From positions 1 to 39,512 of IMG/VR virus record IMGVR_UViG_3300050330_000106: a DNA stretch of 39,512 nt. One strand, written 5' to 3'. The notes beneath the pieces were generated by a model. The model was not told the DNA's origin. It did not search any database and saw only the letters and a list, made by a program, of their open reading frames with translations. Of the stretch, positions 1 to 9,320 are shown piece after piece. Both the position numbers and the translations under genes were made by a program. The DNA is from a virus. Its lineage: Duplodnaviria > Caudoviricetes. Every line of letters begins with the position of its first letter. The first letter of the stretch is position 1.

Positions 1-870
1 TCACCATGGGAATAGCACCCCGCCCGTGCGATCACCGACGTACTCGCGCAGCACCCTGTCCGCGACGCTCGTAATCGGCACCTGGCGCTTGTCTCCGTTC
101 TTCGTTCGATCGAGAAAGACCGTTCGCTTCGCGAGGTTCACCTGTTCCACCGTGAGCGTGAACATCTCCCGCAAGCGCATTGACGATTCCAACGCCAAAT
201 CGAACACCGCCACCAGCGCGTCACGGTGTCGAAGCGTGAGCGCTCGCTGTTTTCCCTCCGGCTTCTGGCCGGCGAGAATTTGACGAATGCGCTCCTCCTC
301 CCCCGCCTGCAGACGGCGGTCGCGCTCTGTATCCTCGCGCGGCCCCTTGCCGTTTACCGTCGCGACCTTACCGTCCGATTCGCTGTAACTGGCGTAGCCC
401 TTTGGAAGAAGCCTGACGGGATTGCCGGGAAAGCTGTCAGCGTGGCGCCTGGCGAGCCAGTCCAAGCAGCGGGCGAGCGCTCCGACATGGTGACGGATCG
501 TGGACGGGGCAAGCGCCTGAACGCGTTTCATATCCCCGATCCACTTCTCGACCCAGCCGTAGTCCAGTTCGGAGATTCGCACTGCGCCTATGCGGCCGAT
601 CTGCATGCCAAGTAGTTGGGTATCGGAGCGCGACACCGCCATCTTGTCGCGGTACTCCTCGATGGCCTCCGCCAAGATGACGATCCCGCCGGCCTGGCGT
701 TTGAACTCGTCTGGGACGATGCCCCGGTCGAGCATCGCCTCCAGGCGCCTACAATAGGCCTCGCCCTCCTCTAGATCCCTAAAGGTGAGATAGAGCGGCT
801 TCGGCAGCACACCCCTGCGCCGAACGACGAACTCCCAGGACTTGGAACTGCGCTGTCGCTTCGTCGGCAT
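1..870 (-). pseudogene. Tyrosine recombinase/phage integrase, C-terminally truncated (289 aa)
   Basis: Likely start MPTKRQRSSK at 870. Has the core-binding region (LAPSTIRHHV), box I Arg (ESSMRLREM) and catalytic Lys (TKNGDKRQVP), then stops (TGA at 3-1) right after LFPW, before the HxxR, H/W and Tyr residues. Confidence 0.7.
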
Positions 871-937
871 CGAGAACTCGCATCGACGGCAAATCGTCAC
901 GCTGACGAGTGGTTTTGCCACAAAACTGGAGTGGCAC

Positions 938-1104
938 TGTGGGGGGGTGTTCGTTTTGGCACTTTCCAGTGAGGGGCCGGGGAGCCCAGAGGCCGCGTGG
1001 GGACTGGGGTTGGGGTGCGGCAGGCCCAATCGGCTAGTTGGCACAAAACCGCGCGCAGACTGAGCAGGTTTGCGCGGATTGTGGCACCGAGTCGGGCGAA
1101 ACTG
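938..1104 (+). repeat. Candidate left end (attL): terminal TG at 938 and three TGGCAC-core transposase-binding sites
   Basis: TGGCAC at 957, 1039 and 1082. The last two extend to TGGCAC-N5-CG(C/G)GCG..A(G/A)ACTG. The 82-bp offset between sites 1 and 2 resembles Mu L1-L2 spacing. Exact terminus is inferred. Confidence 0.5.
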
Positions 1105-1304
1105 GGCGCGCGGTGGAAGTCCGGATCGTTCGCGGCTTTGGCGCGCGCGATGCGCGTCGAGGGGGCGCGGACGCGCAGAGTGCCGATCGTGAATGAATGA
1201 TCGGTGCGGCGACGGCCCGGAGAGGCGCGTCGCTCGTGCAGGTACGCGTGAAGTTGCTGGAACGGGTCGAAACGGCGGCGGTCGGGCATGTCCTTCCGCC
1301 CCCT

Positions 1305-1979
1305 TCACGCGCTGCGCGACGGCGCGTTCGTAATGCAGAAGCGCAGGTAATTAGCGATATCCGTCTCGGTGATGGTCGCGCTGCGCGGCAGGAAGTGCGC
1401 GTAGAGCGCGCGCACGATGTAGCCCTCTTCCTCGATACTCATTCCGGACCCGGCGGGGTCGAGCACCTCGTCGGCCGCGCGCAGCACCTTTTCGAACAGC
1501 ACTACGTCCAGATCGGCCGTCGCGCCGTGATAGGGCACGCCCATGATGACGGGCGGCGCGGGCGTGGCGGTGACGCCGAGCTTCACCTCGGGGGCCGTAC
1601 GAAGCACATCCTCGAGCTGATCCGATCGGGCGGCCTCGGCCCGGTGCACCTCGTCCAGGATTACGGCCCCAGGCGGCCGCAGCACCCGCGCCTGCAGCAC
1701 TTCTTCTTCCGTTACTACCTCGCCGCGCAGGTGCCGCCGGATCAGTCCGAGTAACGGGTCTGGCGGCGTGTACTTGCGCTTCACGCCACCTTTTCCACCT
1801 TGGGCGTGAACTTCTACGAACGGCCACCCTTCTCGCTCGACCAACTTCCGCCATCCCCGCTCTGAGAGCGGTGCTCCCGGAAGGCGAAGGTCCACCAGCT
1901 CAGAACATGAGAAGCGGTCCAGCTCGGAACTTGAGTTCCGAGCTTCAATAGAGTGTTCCGAGCTTTTTTCTTGTGTCAT
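1305..1979 (-). CDS. Mu-type immunity repressor (c-like), N-terminal Mu DNA-binding domain
   Basis: FSCSELVDLRLPGAPLSERGWRKLVEREGW...GGKGGVKRKYTPP aligns almost residue for residue with the transposase N-terminus. Divergent from ner. Confidence 0.85.
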   Translation of the reverse strand: MTQEKSSEHSIEARNSSSELDRFSCSELVDLRLPGAPLSERGWRKLVEREGWPFVEVHAQGGKGGVKRKYTPPDPLLGLIRRHLRGEVVTEEEVLQARVLRPPGAVILDEVHRAEAARSDQLEDVLRTAPEVKLGVTATPAPPVIMGVPYHGATADLDVVLFEKVLRAADEVLDPAGSGMSIEEEGYIVRALYAHFLPRSATITETDIANYLRFCITNAPSRSA

Positions 1980-2072
1980 GTTTTGAATGAAATCAACAGG
2001 TTAGTCGTTATCTATCGGCGCGGCTCAAATTGCCTGCGCCCGATTTAGCTCGGAACTGTTGACGAGTTCCGT
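1897..2072. promoter_or_regulatory. Operator/transposition-enhancer repeats AGCTCGGAAC
   Basis: Copies at 1897 (1 mismatch), 1921-1944 (palindrome AGCTCGGAACT-TG-AGTTCCGAGCT), 1955-1964 (inverted), 2047-2056 and partial 2065-2072. Further 1-mismatch copies at 2416 and 2465. Confidence 0.8.
1991..2003 (+). promoter_or_regulatory. IHF binding site
   Basis: AATCAACAGGTTA is an exact match to WATCAANNNNTTR, lying between two operator clusters as in Mu. Confidence 0.7.
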
Positions 2073-2087
2073 ACAGGGCCGTACTAT
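2059..2087 (+). promoter_or_regulatory. Early promoter (Pe-like, sigma70)
   Basis: TTGACG-N17-TACTAT upstream of ner, flanked and overlapped by operator repeats. Confidence 0.75.
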
Positions 2088-2118
2088 TCCGACATCAAAC
2101 GGCGAAAGAGGAATAGAC

Positions 2119-2514
2119 ATGGCCCGCAAACCCCCCGCAAAAGACTGGGACCGCTATCAGGTGACCGCGGCGCTCAAGCGCGCCGGCATATCCTTCGCGG
2201 GACTCGCCCGCGCCCACAACCTGCACCACACCTCGGTACGCACCGCGCTGTACCAAAGCTCGCCGCGCTGCGAGGCGCTCATCGCCGCCGCCCTGGGCGT
2301 GCGGCCGGAATCGATCTGGCCGAGCCGCTACACCGCGGACGCGGTGGCCGCCAACCCGTGGCGTCGCCACGCTCTGGCCCGCCTCGGACACCCCGCCGCC
2401 GACCTGGCGGGCGGGAGTTCGGAACCAATTTCCAAGCATGAAACTGTATTTGGAAGTTTGCATTGTACCGAGCTTGCCGAGGGCTACAACGGCAGCGCGC
2501 GGGTCGCTGCGTAG
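2119..2514 (+). CDS. ner: Ner-like transcriptional regulator with C-terminal extension
   Basis: DW..QV.AAL...G.S...LAR...E.LIAAALGV.PESIWPSRY signature. GAGG RBS. Confidence 0.9.
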   Translation: MARKPPAKDWDRYQVTAALKRAGISFAGLARAHNLHHTSVRTALYQSSPRCEALIAAALGVRPESIWPSRYTADAVAANPWRRHALARLGHPAADLAGGSSEPISKHETVFGSLHCTELAEGYNGSARVAA

Positions 2515-2601
2515 ACATCACCGCGTTGATACCGAAACGAGTAACCCAGGTCAGGACAGCGCGAAATGACGTCGTTTTTTGAGTTTCCACGGGAGGCAGA
2601 C

Positions 2602-3042
2602 ATGAGACGCGATGCGATGACCATCGATTTGTTCGAGGTGCCGCAGCCGCTTCCGGCGCTGGAAGGGACGCACGACTTCCGCACGGTGGTGTGCGGGCTG
2701 GTGTGCGAGGTGCTCGATCAGGCGAAGGCGGCCGGGCTGAGTCGCGAAGCGGTGGCGGCGGAGGCGGCGCGCCTGACCGGTCGGAACGTCAGCAAGGGGA
2801 TGTTGAACAACTACACGAGCGTTGCGCACGAGGATTTCAACGTGCCGTTGTGGGTGGTGCCGGCGCTGGAGTCCGTGTGCGGTTCGCATTTGCTGACGCA
2901 GTGGCTGGTGGGCACCCGAGGCGGAAAGCTCCTGGTCGGGCGCGAGGCACTGAACGCCGAGCTCGGGCGACTGGAGCGGGCGCGCGACGAGGCGGCCCGG
3001 AAGATCAAGCAACTGAAGAACGTGATGGGAGAGCAGGCATGA
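2602..3042 (+). CDS. Conserved Mu-like early hypothetical protein, possible DNA-binding regulator
   Basis: GGAGG RBS, phage-like codon use, coiled-coil C-terminus, position between ner and transposase. Confidence 0.7.
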   Translation: MRRDAMTIDLFEVPQPLPALEGTHDFRTVVCGLVCEVLDQAKAAGLSREAVAAEAARLTGRNVSKGMLNNYTSVAHEDFNVPLWVVPALESVCGSHLLTQWLVGTRGGKLLVGREALNAELGRLERARDEAARKIKQLKNVMGEQA

Positions 3043-3079
3043 GTCATCGGTCACATCAGCCGTTGCTCGATGGGGCGCA

Positions 3080-3445
3080 TCAGTCCCTGAGCAGCAGCCA
3101 GAACCCGATCAGCAGCATGACGAGCCCTTGTCCGACGAAGGACAGTGACCAGGCAGACAGCGGGCCCGCCCCGGCGTCGATGAATTGCCCGGCAACGATG
3201 TCGAGTTGCCCCCAGATGATGAAGAACAGCGCCCTGAAAGAGGGCGGCCGGCGAGCGGTCGGGCGACTGCTGGTGGCAATTGTGCTGTTGGTTTCAGCTG
3301 GTGCGCAGTCGTGCGTGGTGCTCGGCGAAACCGGCGGGGCGCTCCCTGTCTGGGTGCTCTGGGGCCTTCTCCAAGCGGCGACGGTGGCGGGTATCGCCGC
3401 GATGAGCGCGGCTAGGACTGTGGCCGAAGCTTGATCAATTTCCAT
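3080..3445 (-). CDS. Small membrane protein (about 3 hydrophobic segments), antisense moron
   Basis: ATVLAALIAAIPATVAAW, ALFFIIWGQLDIVAG and SLSFVGQGLVMLLIGFWLLL. A TAGAAT -10-like hexamer lies upstream on the minus strand (3503-3498). Confidence 0.55.
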   Translation of the reverse strand: MEIDQASATVLAALIAAIPATVAAWRRPQSTQTGSAPPVSPSTTHDCAPAETNSTIATSSRPTARRPPSFRALFFIIWGQLDIVAGQFIDAGAGPLSAWSLSFVGQGLVMLLIGFWLLLRD

Positions 3446-3543
3446 GAGGGTTCTTCCGTGAAGGTGAATGGTATGCAAGTTGGTAGCCTGCGGCGCCATT
3501 CTATCGGCATGAACCCTCGCCATTTCGAGGGAGGGGCGCAGCG

Positions 3544-5853
3544 ATGACGCGCAAGACGCATTACTCGTGCGCGGAATTGGCGGCGCTGCGGTTGCCGGGG
3601 TGTCCGGGGTCCGAGCGGGGATGGAGGAAGGTCGTCGATCGCGACGGTTACTCCTTTACCGAGGTGCCGGTGCAAGGCGGAAAGAACGGCGTGCGCCGCG
3701 AATACGCCCCACCTGCCGCGGTCGCGAAGCTGATCGACCGCGCGGAAGGCATCGTCGCGGCCGGCGACCGGGCGGCGCGGGTATCGGCGGTGCTGGAGCA
3801 GTTCGACCGTGACGACGCGACGCGAGATGCGAACCGCCGGGCGAAGGGCGAGGCCGCGCTGGCGATGCTGGCGGAGGGGATGACCGACAGGCAGCGCAGC
3901 CGATTCGACGGCCGGCTGGCGATCGTGCAGGGGTGGGAGGTGTGGTTCGTGCAGGCGCAGCCGATGCGCAAGAAGGCCGGGCTGCATACGTTTGCGGCGC
4001 TGTACAACGAGGACCGCCTGCCGCCGCTGCCGACCATCACGGCGGCGGTGCGCGAAGCCTTCCCGGAGATCTCGTATCGCAGCGTGGAGCGCTGGCATGG
4101 CGACTACGAGCGCGACGGCCTGGCGGGGCTGATCGACAAGCAGGACGGAAAGCTGCTGAAGGATGTGAACGTCTTCACCAAGCAGCCGGCGCTCTACAAC
4201 GCGGCGCTGGCGCTGATCGTACAGCGGCCGAACATCAAGGTCTCCGACCTGGTGGAGATGTTGCAGGAGGCAGCGGTCGACGGCGAGACGGGAGAGATCC
4301 TGTTCGAGGCGCCGAGCACGCATGCGGCGTACCGCTTCGTGAAGAACTGGAAGGCGAAGCACCCCGAGCTGTACCTGGCCGCGACGAACCCGGACGAGTG
4401 GAAGAACCGCTGCATGTCGGCGGTGGGCAACGCCAGCGAGGACGTGGAGCGGCTGAACCAGCGCTGGGAGATGGACGCGACGCCGGCGGACTGGATGCTG
4501 ACCGACCCGGAGAGCGGGCAGCGGCGGCGCTACACGTGCTCGGTGGTGATCGACTTGTACAGCCGGCGGATGCTGGTGGTGCTGTCGCGCACGCCGAAGG
4601 CGCAGACGCACATGTTCTGCCTGCGCCTGGCGTTACTGGCGTGGGGCGTGCCGGAGGTGATCGTTACCGACAACGGGCAGGACTACAAGGCCAACGAATT
4701 CCGCATGGCGCTGGAGGCGCTGGGCATCGAGCAGCGGGTGACGGCGCCGTTTTCGCCGTGGCAGAAGCCGCACGTGGAGCGCGGCATCGGCGTGATGCTG
4801 CACAGCATCCTGGAGCTGCTGCCGAACTTCGTCGGGCACAACGTGGCCGAGCGCAGCGCGATCGAGTCGCGGCGGGCGTTTTCGGAGCGCCTGTTCCAGA
4901 AGGACAGCGTGATCGAGCTGGACATGCGCCCGGCCGAGCTGCAGGGGCTGATCAATGACTGGCTGGCCGGCACCTACGAGCAGCGCCCGCACGGGGAAAC
5001 GAACGAGGCGCCCTTTGCGCGCGCCGCGGCGTGGGCCGGCACGGTGCGCCGCATCGATGACGAGCGCGCGCTGGATGTGCTGCTGGCACCGCTGATGGAC
5101 CCCCGCACGCTGCAGAAGAAGGGGCTGCAGATCGACGGCGGCTGGTATGCCGCGCCGGAACTCTTCCGCCTGGTGGAGGTGGGCACCGAGGTGACGGTGC
5201 GCGAGACCGAGGACTTCGGGACGGTGGTGGTGCATCAGGAGGCGAAGTTCATCTGCGCGGCGATCTGCCCGGAGCGCAAGGGCGTGAGCCGCAAGGAGCT
5301 GGCCGCGCACGTGCGCAACGCGCAGGCGAAGCGGGTGAAGGAAGACAAGAAACGGCTGCGCCTGGCCAGCAAGATCGACCCGGACCGCATGGTGGGCGAG
5401 CTGCTGCGCAAGAAGGCCGCGAAGGCCGGAAAGCTGGCCGCGCTGCCGAGCCGCGAGACGGTGGCGCATCAGTCGGAGGGGCTGGAGCAGGCGGCGCGTG
5501 CTGCCAAACGGCTGGACGGCGGGCGCGAGGCCGCGCCGCTTTCCGCCGAGACCGCCCGCGCGCTGGCTGCCAAGCAAGCCGAACGGGCGATGCCGCCCGC
5601 CGCGGCGGCAGTGCAACCGCAGGTGATTCAGATCCCGGAAACGCCGGAGCTGCGCTTCCGCAAATGGCTGGAAATCAACGAAACCGCTGAACGAGGAGAG
5701 GTGATCGACGACGCAAAACTGCAGAAGTGGTGGGGGCTGTATCAGCAGTCATCCGAATTCGGCGCGCTGATGAGACGCCACAAAGCCGCCCTGAACAACA
5801 CGGGCACCACGGTGGCCGCCGTGATGCCCGTCAGAACCGCAACCGCAATCTGA
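3544..5853 (+). CDS. Mu-like DDE transposase (A)
   Basis: N-terminal Mu HTH. DDE triad WEMDATPAD / IVTDNGQDY / KPHVERGIG. 769 aa. Confidence 0.95.
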   Translation: MTRKTHYSCAELAALRLPGCPGSERGWRKVVDRDGYSFTEVPVQGGKNGVRREYAPPAAVAKLIDRAEGIVAAGDRAARVSAVLEQFDRDDATRDANRRAKGEAALAMLAEGMTDRQRSRFDGRLAIVQGWEVWFVQAQPMRKKAGLHTFAALYNEDRLPPLPTITAAVREAFPEISYRSVERWHGDYERDGLAGLIDKQDGKLLKDVNVFTKQPALYNAALALIVQRPNIKVSDLVEMLQEAAVDGETGEILFEAPSTHAAYRFVKNWKAKHPELYLAATNPDEWKNRCMSAVGNASEDVERLNQRWEMDATPADWMLTDPESGQRRRYTCSVVIDLYSRRMLVVLSRTPKAQTHMFCLRLALLAWGVPEVIVTDNGQDYKANEFRMALEALGIEQRVTAPFSPWQKPHVERGIGVMLHSILELLPNFVGHNVAERSAIESRRAFSERLFQKDSVIELDMRPAELQGLINDWLAGTYEQRPHGETNEAPFARAAAWAGTVRRIDDERALDVLLAPLMDPRTLQKKGLQIDGGWYAAPELFRLVEVGTEVTVRETEDFGTVVVHQEAKFICAAICPERKGVSRKELAAHVRNAQAKRVKEDKKRLRLASKIDPDRMVGELLRKKAAKAGKLAALPSRETVAHQSEGLEQAARAAKRLDGGREAAPLSAETARALAAKQAERAMPPAAAAVQPQVIQIPETPELRFRKWLEINETAERGEVIDDAKLQKWWGLYQQSSEFGALMRRHKAALNNTGTTVAAVMPVRTATAI

Positions 5854-5862
5854 GACCGGATT

Positions 5863-6618
5863 ATGAACATGAACGATTTGCCGAACAAGGCGCTTCCCGC
5901 GGGCGTGGTGCCGATCGCCTCGCTCGACCTGGTGAGCGTGACGCTCGAAAAACTGCTGAACCGCCACGCCAACATGGCCGGGCTGGGCGTGCTGTACGGC
6001 CCGCCGGGACGCGGCAAGAGCATGGCCGCGGGGGCGATGGTGAGCCAGTACCGGGCGTACTACATCCAGGTGCGGAGGGTGTGGAGCGTGAAGGTTGTGC
6101 TGCAGAAGATCCTGCTGGAGATGGGCGTGGCGGAGCCGAAAGGCACGCCGACGACCGCGGCGCTGCTCGACATGGTGACGACGCAACTGAGCAAGAGCAA
6201 CCGCCCGCTGATCCTGGACGAGGCGGACTACCTGATCCGCACGGACAGCCTGATCGAGACCGTGCGCGACATCTACGAGGGCTCGCGCAAGCCGGTGTTG
6301 CTGGTGGGTACCGATGACCTGCGCACCGGGCTGCGCAAGTGGAAGCAGATGCACAGCCGGGTGTATGCGTGGGAAGAGGCGCTGCCGGTGTCGCTGGAAG
6401 ACGCGGCGAAGCTCGCCACGGTGTATGCGGCGGGGGTGAGCGTAGCGCCCGATCTGCTCGCCGAGATCGTGGCGCGGGTGGATGGGTCGGTGCGCTACAC
6501 GTGCGTGAACCTCTCGCGCATCCGCGACGAGGCCCTGGTGATGGGCGAGGACGAGATGACGCTGGCCAAGTGGGGCGACCGGGCGATCTACACGGACGAC
6601 AGCGAGGGCGGCCAGTGA
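5863..6618 (+). CDS. AAA+ transposition ATPase (MuB-like)
   Basis: Walker A GPPGRGKS, Walker B LILDEAD, directly after the transposase. Confidence 0.92.
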   Translation: MNMNDLPNKALPAGVVPIASLDLVSVTLEKLLNRHANMAGLGVLYGPPGRGKSMAAGAMVSQYRAYYIQVRRVWSVKVVLQKILLEMGVAEPKGTPTTAALLDMVTTQLSKSNRPLILDEADYLIRTDSLIETVRDIYEGSRKPVLLVGTDDLRTGLRKWKQMHSRVYAWEEALPVSLEDAAKLATVYAAGVSVAPDLLAEIVARVDGSVRYTCVNLSRIRDEALVMGEDEMTLAKWGDRAIYTDDSEGGQ

Positions 6619-6800
6619 TGAAGGTGCGTGAGTTGATCCAGATCCTTCAATCGCTCCCGCCGGACATGCCGGTGGCGGTTGAGGCCGATCCCCGCCACGT
6701 GTGCGGCGTGCGGGTCCAGACGGTATTTACCGGTTCGGCGCCCGGACAGCGCAACGAGGCATGGCTGGTGACCGCGGAGGGGCTGCACGATGTCGCGTAA
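6618..6800 (+). CDS. Small phage hypothetical protein
   Basis: MKVRELIQILQSLPPDMPVAV, a common small phage protein opening. Coupled to B through TGATG. Confidence 0.65.
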   Translation: MKVRELIQILQSLPPDMPVAVEADPRHVCGVRVQTVFTGSAPGQRNEAWLVTAEGLHDVA

Positions 6801-7419
6801 GCCCGCCCACCTTGAAATGTCCGGCGGCAAGTCGCCACGCCAGCGGGTGTGGGAAGCCGTGCGCGGCCTGGTTGACTATGAAGGGGGTTTCACCGCTGCC
6901 GACGCGTCGCGCGCCAGCAAGGTCGAGCTCGGCATCGTCGCCGAGTACCTCAAGGCACTCCATGCGGGCGGCTACCTCGGCCGTCACGATGCTGCGCGCA
7001 AGGGAGAGCCACATCGTTACTGGCTGGAGCGCGATAACGGCATCGAAGCGCCTCGTCTGCGCCGTGACGGTTCAGAAGTAACGGCCGGGCGCGGCAACGA
7101 GAACATGTGGCAGGCGATGCGTCACTTCCTGCCGACGTTCGACTTCCGGGAGCTGGCCGCCTACGCCAGCACAGCCGAGCATCCGGTGCTGCCGGACACC
7201 GCCAAGGCTTTTGTGCTGACGCTGCACGCGGCCGGCTATCTGGAGGAAATCACTCCCGCCAAGCGCGGCTGTCAGGCCCGGCCGGCACGGTTCGCCCTGC
7301 GCGGGGACATGAATACCGGTCCGCGCCCGCCGATGATCCAGCGCACCAAGGCGGTGTTCGACGCCAACCTCGGGCGGGTGATGTGGCACGAGGAGCCGGA
7401 GTGGGAGGGTGCGCAATGA
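6790..7419 (+). CDS. Phage protein with two winged-helix-like repeats
   Basis: Two similar halves (RQRVWEAVR...YLKALHAGGYL and NENMWQAMR...FVLTLHAAGYL). Typical post-B gene. Confidence 0.75.
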   Translation: MSRKPAHLEMSGGKSPRQRVWEAVRGLVDYEGGFTAADASRASKVELGIVAEYLKALHAGGYLGRHDAARKGEPHRYWLERDNGIEAPRLRRDGSEVTAGRGNENMWQAMRHFLPTFDFRELAAYASTAEHPVLPDTAKAFVLTLHAAGYLEEITPAKRGCQARPARFALRGDMNTGPRPPMIQRTKAVFDANLGRVMWHEEPEWEGAQ

Positions 7420-7748
7420 GCGACCTTTCCTACATGCAGGAACGCTGGTTCGAGGTGCTGAAGAGTGCCTGCGCGGAGCGCGGCGTAACGACCGTGGCGG
7501 CCGAGCTGGGGTTCTCGAACCACACGGGCACCAGCCGTGTGCTGGCCGGGAAGTACGGCGACACGAAACGTTTCGCTGCCCGCGTGCTGGCCCGACTGGA
7601 TACGGTGAATTGCCCGCATACCGGTGCAAACGAGGCGCGCGCGCTGTGCCATGCGCAGCTCGCCGCCGAGCCGCCGACCCACAACCCGTACCGGCTGGCG
7701 CACTGGCATGCGTGCCGCCGTTGCGCCCACCGTCCGGAGGAATCATGA
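7416..7748 (+). CDS. HTH protein with Cys/His-rich C-terminus
   Basis: GVTTVAAELGFSNHTGTSRVLAGKY HTH, then CPH...C...HWHACRRC. ATGA overlap. Confidence 0.7.
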   Translation: MSDLSYMQERWFEVLKSACAERGVTTVAAELGFSNHTGTSRVLAGKYGDTKRFAARVLARLDTVNCPHTGANEARALCHAQLAAEPPTHNPYRLAHWHACRRCAHRPEES

Positions 7749-7975
7749 CCCCCACCGAATTCTGCGAAACCCGCCTGCTGCCCGTCGTCATCGCCTTCGG
7801 CGCCGGCGTACTGGCGATGGGCTTCGCGGTCGATTACCGCGAGGCGCATGCGTTCGACGTGGCGGCCCGTGCCGTCGCCGTCGCCGAGATCTATCGCGAC
7901 GCGTGCGGTCCGGTCTGGCCGCCTGTCGAGTTGCCGGCGGCCGATCTCGCGAAGATCGCGGGGGCGCGGCCGTGA
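7745..7975 (+). CDS. Small membrane-anchored hypothetical protein
   Basis: GGAGG RBS, hydrophobic LLPVVIAFGAGVLAMGFAV, coupled to both neighbours. Confidence 0.6.
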   Translation: MTPTEFCETRLLPVVIAFGAGVLAMGFAVDYREAHAFDVAARAVAVAEIYRDACGPVWPPVELPAADLAKIAGARP

Positions 7976-8958
7976 AGACGCCCGCCGCGACCGCCGAGCT
8001 GGCGCTGCCCGATCGCATCCTCGCCGCGGTCGCGCGCAGTGACAGCCGCCGTCCGGCCCGCGCGGCCGACGTTGCAGTCGTCATCGGCGGCGCCGAGGCG
8101 GCGTTCTGGGCCGCGCTCGAACGCCTCATCGGCGAGCGTCGCATCAACACCGCGCACGTCCAGAAGCAAGGCGACCGCGCGCCGTGGCTCGCGATCTGGC
8201 CGACCGGACTCACCGCAAGGAGCGCCGCCTGGACGAGCGACAGCCACGGCGCGCTGTTCGTGAAGCCCCGCCCCGACGATCTCTTTCTCGCCTACGCCCC
8301 GCGCGTTGCAGCGACCCCTGGCAACAAGTCTGCCCCTGTTCAGGAGCCCAAAGAAATGGAAAACCATCGCAAGAAAGGCCAGCTCAAAACCCAATTCGTC
8401 GCACTCGTCGCCGGCCTCGGCCCCGACCGCGCCATCACGCTCGCCGCCGCGGCGCAGAAGCTCGGCTGCAGCGTCGAGAGCCTGCGGCATACCGCGCGGA
8501 CCCTCGCTGAGAAGGGCGAAGTCGGCGAAACCACGTTGGAGAGCAGCGGGCGCGACGTGCACGCGTACCACGCCGCCACGCCGTCCCCGGCCGTACCCGA
8601 GCCAGTAGCGCCCAAAGCGCCGGTGCTGGCCGCAGCCGAACAAGGCGCTGTCGCACTGGCACAGCCCGAGCCCAGGCCCGCGCCGGTCGAACCCCCGCCG
8701 CAGCCGCTCTATCGTGCCGGCGACATCCGCGTCACCGAGATCCACCCCGACGAAGCCGCGCAGATCGAGTTCGCGTTGTGGGACGACGGGCGGCTGACGA
8801 TCGCCGAAGGCGACGAGATCCTGCTGCTGCCAGCTGAAGCGACGAAGCGGCTCGCGCTGCTGCTCGGCGTGCCCGGGTCGGAGCTGCCGTCCGCGCGCGC
8901 ACCGCGGATGTCGCCGCTGCCGCAGCTCGTCGGCGCCGTCGCGGAGGCCCGCGCGTGA
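7972..8958 (+). CDS. Hypothetical protein with HTH-like segments
   Basis: GTGA overlap start. ITLAAAAQKLGCSVESLRHTARTLAEKG is HTH-like. Pro-rich linker. Confidence 0.6.
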   Translation: MKTPAATAELALPDRILAAVARSDSRRPARAADVAVVIGGAEAAFWAALERLIGERRINTAHVQKQGDRAPWLAIWPTGLTARSAAWTSDSHGALFVKPRPDDLFLAYAPRVAATPGNKSAPVQEPKEMENHRKKGQLKTQFVALVAGLGPDRAITLAAAAQKLGCSVESLRHTARTLAEKGEVGETTLESSGRDVHAYHAATPSPAVPEPVAPKAPVLAAAEQGAVALAQPEPRPAPVEPPPQPLYRAGDIRVTEIHPDEAAQIEFALWDDGRLTIAEGDEILLLPAEATKRLALLLGVPGSELPSARAPRMSPLPQLVGAVAEARA

Positions 8959-9308
8959 TCCCGCTCGCCGTCCAGGCCGCCCAAGCCGCTGCAGCCTACG
9001 CCGACTACCTCGCCAGCCGGCCCCTCCGGCACGCGCCGCCGAGGCGCGGCGCCAACACGCTCGGCAGCTATGCCGCCCTGTGGCTGCAGGGCCTCTCCGA
9101 CGCGAGCGAGCCGCTGTGCATCGGCGATCTGCTGGCGCGGCACGGTACGGCGGGCGCCTCGAAGAGCCACCTCACCCGGAGCATCGCCGCCCTCGTTGAG
9201 CGGGGACACGCGGAGTTCGTGCGCCGCGGCGCGAAGGGCCGGCGCTACTACGTCATCACCCCGGCCGGGCGCGACGCGCTCGCCGCAAACACCCCTCGCC
9301 ATCAATAG
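8955..9308 (+). CDS. MarR-like winged-helix protein
   Basis: SKSHLTRSIAALVERGHAEF...RRYYVITPAGRDAL pattern. Confidence 0.6.
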   Translation: MIPLAVQAAQAAAAYADYLASRPLRHAPPRRGANTLGSYAALWLQGLSDASEPLCIGDLLARHGTAGASKSHLTRSIAALVERGHAEFVRRGAKGRRYYVITPAGRDALAANTPRHQ

Positions 9309-9320
9309 GAGCCGCAGTAC

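Noticed and set aside
932-1087. Left-end TGGCAC hexamers as sigma54 promoters
   Set aside because: None has TTGC at the -12 spacing, unlike the pilA promoter.
900-1300. tRNA/att site next to the integrase
   Set aside because: No cloverleaf or T-arm consensus is visible.
871-1308. 146-aa N-terminal extension of the integrase in the ORF track
   Set aside because: Low-complexity read-through across the presumed phage end. Integrase-like sequence begins at the ATG at 870.
5800-5831. Hairpin at the 3' end of the transposase gene
   Set aside because: Real inverted repeat, but it lies in coding sequence with no U-tract. It may tune A:B expression, but there is no further support.
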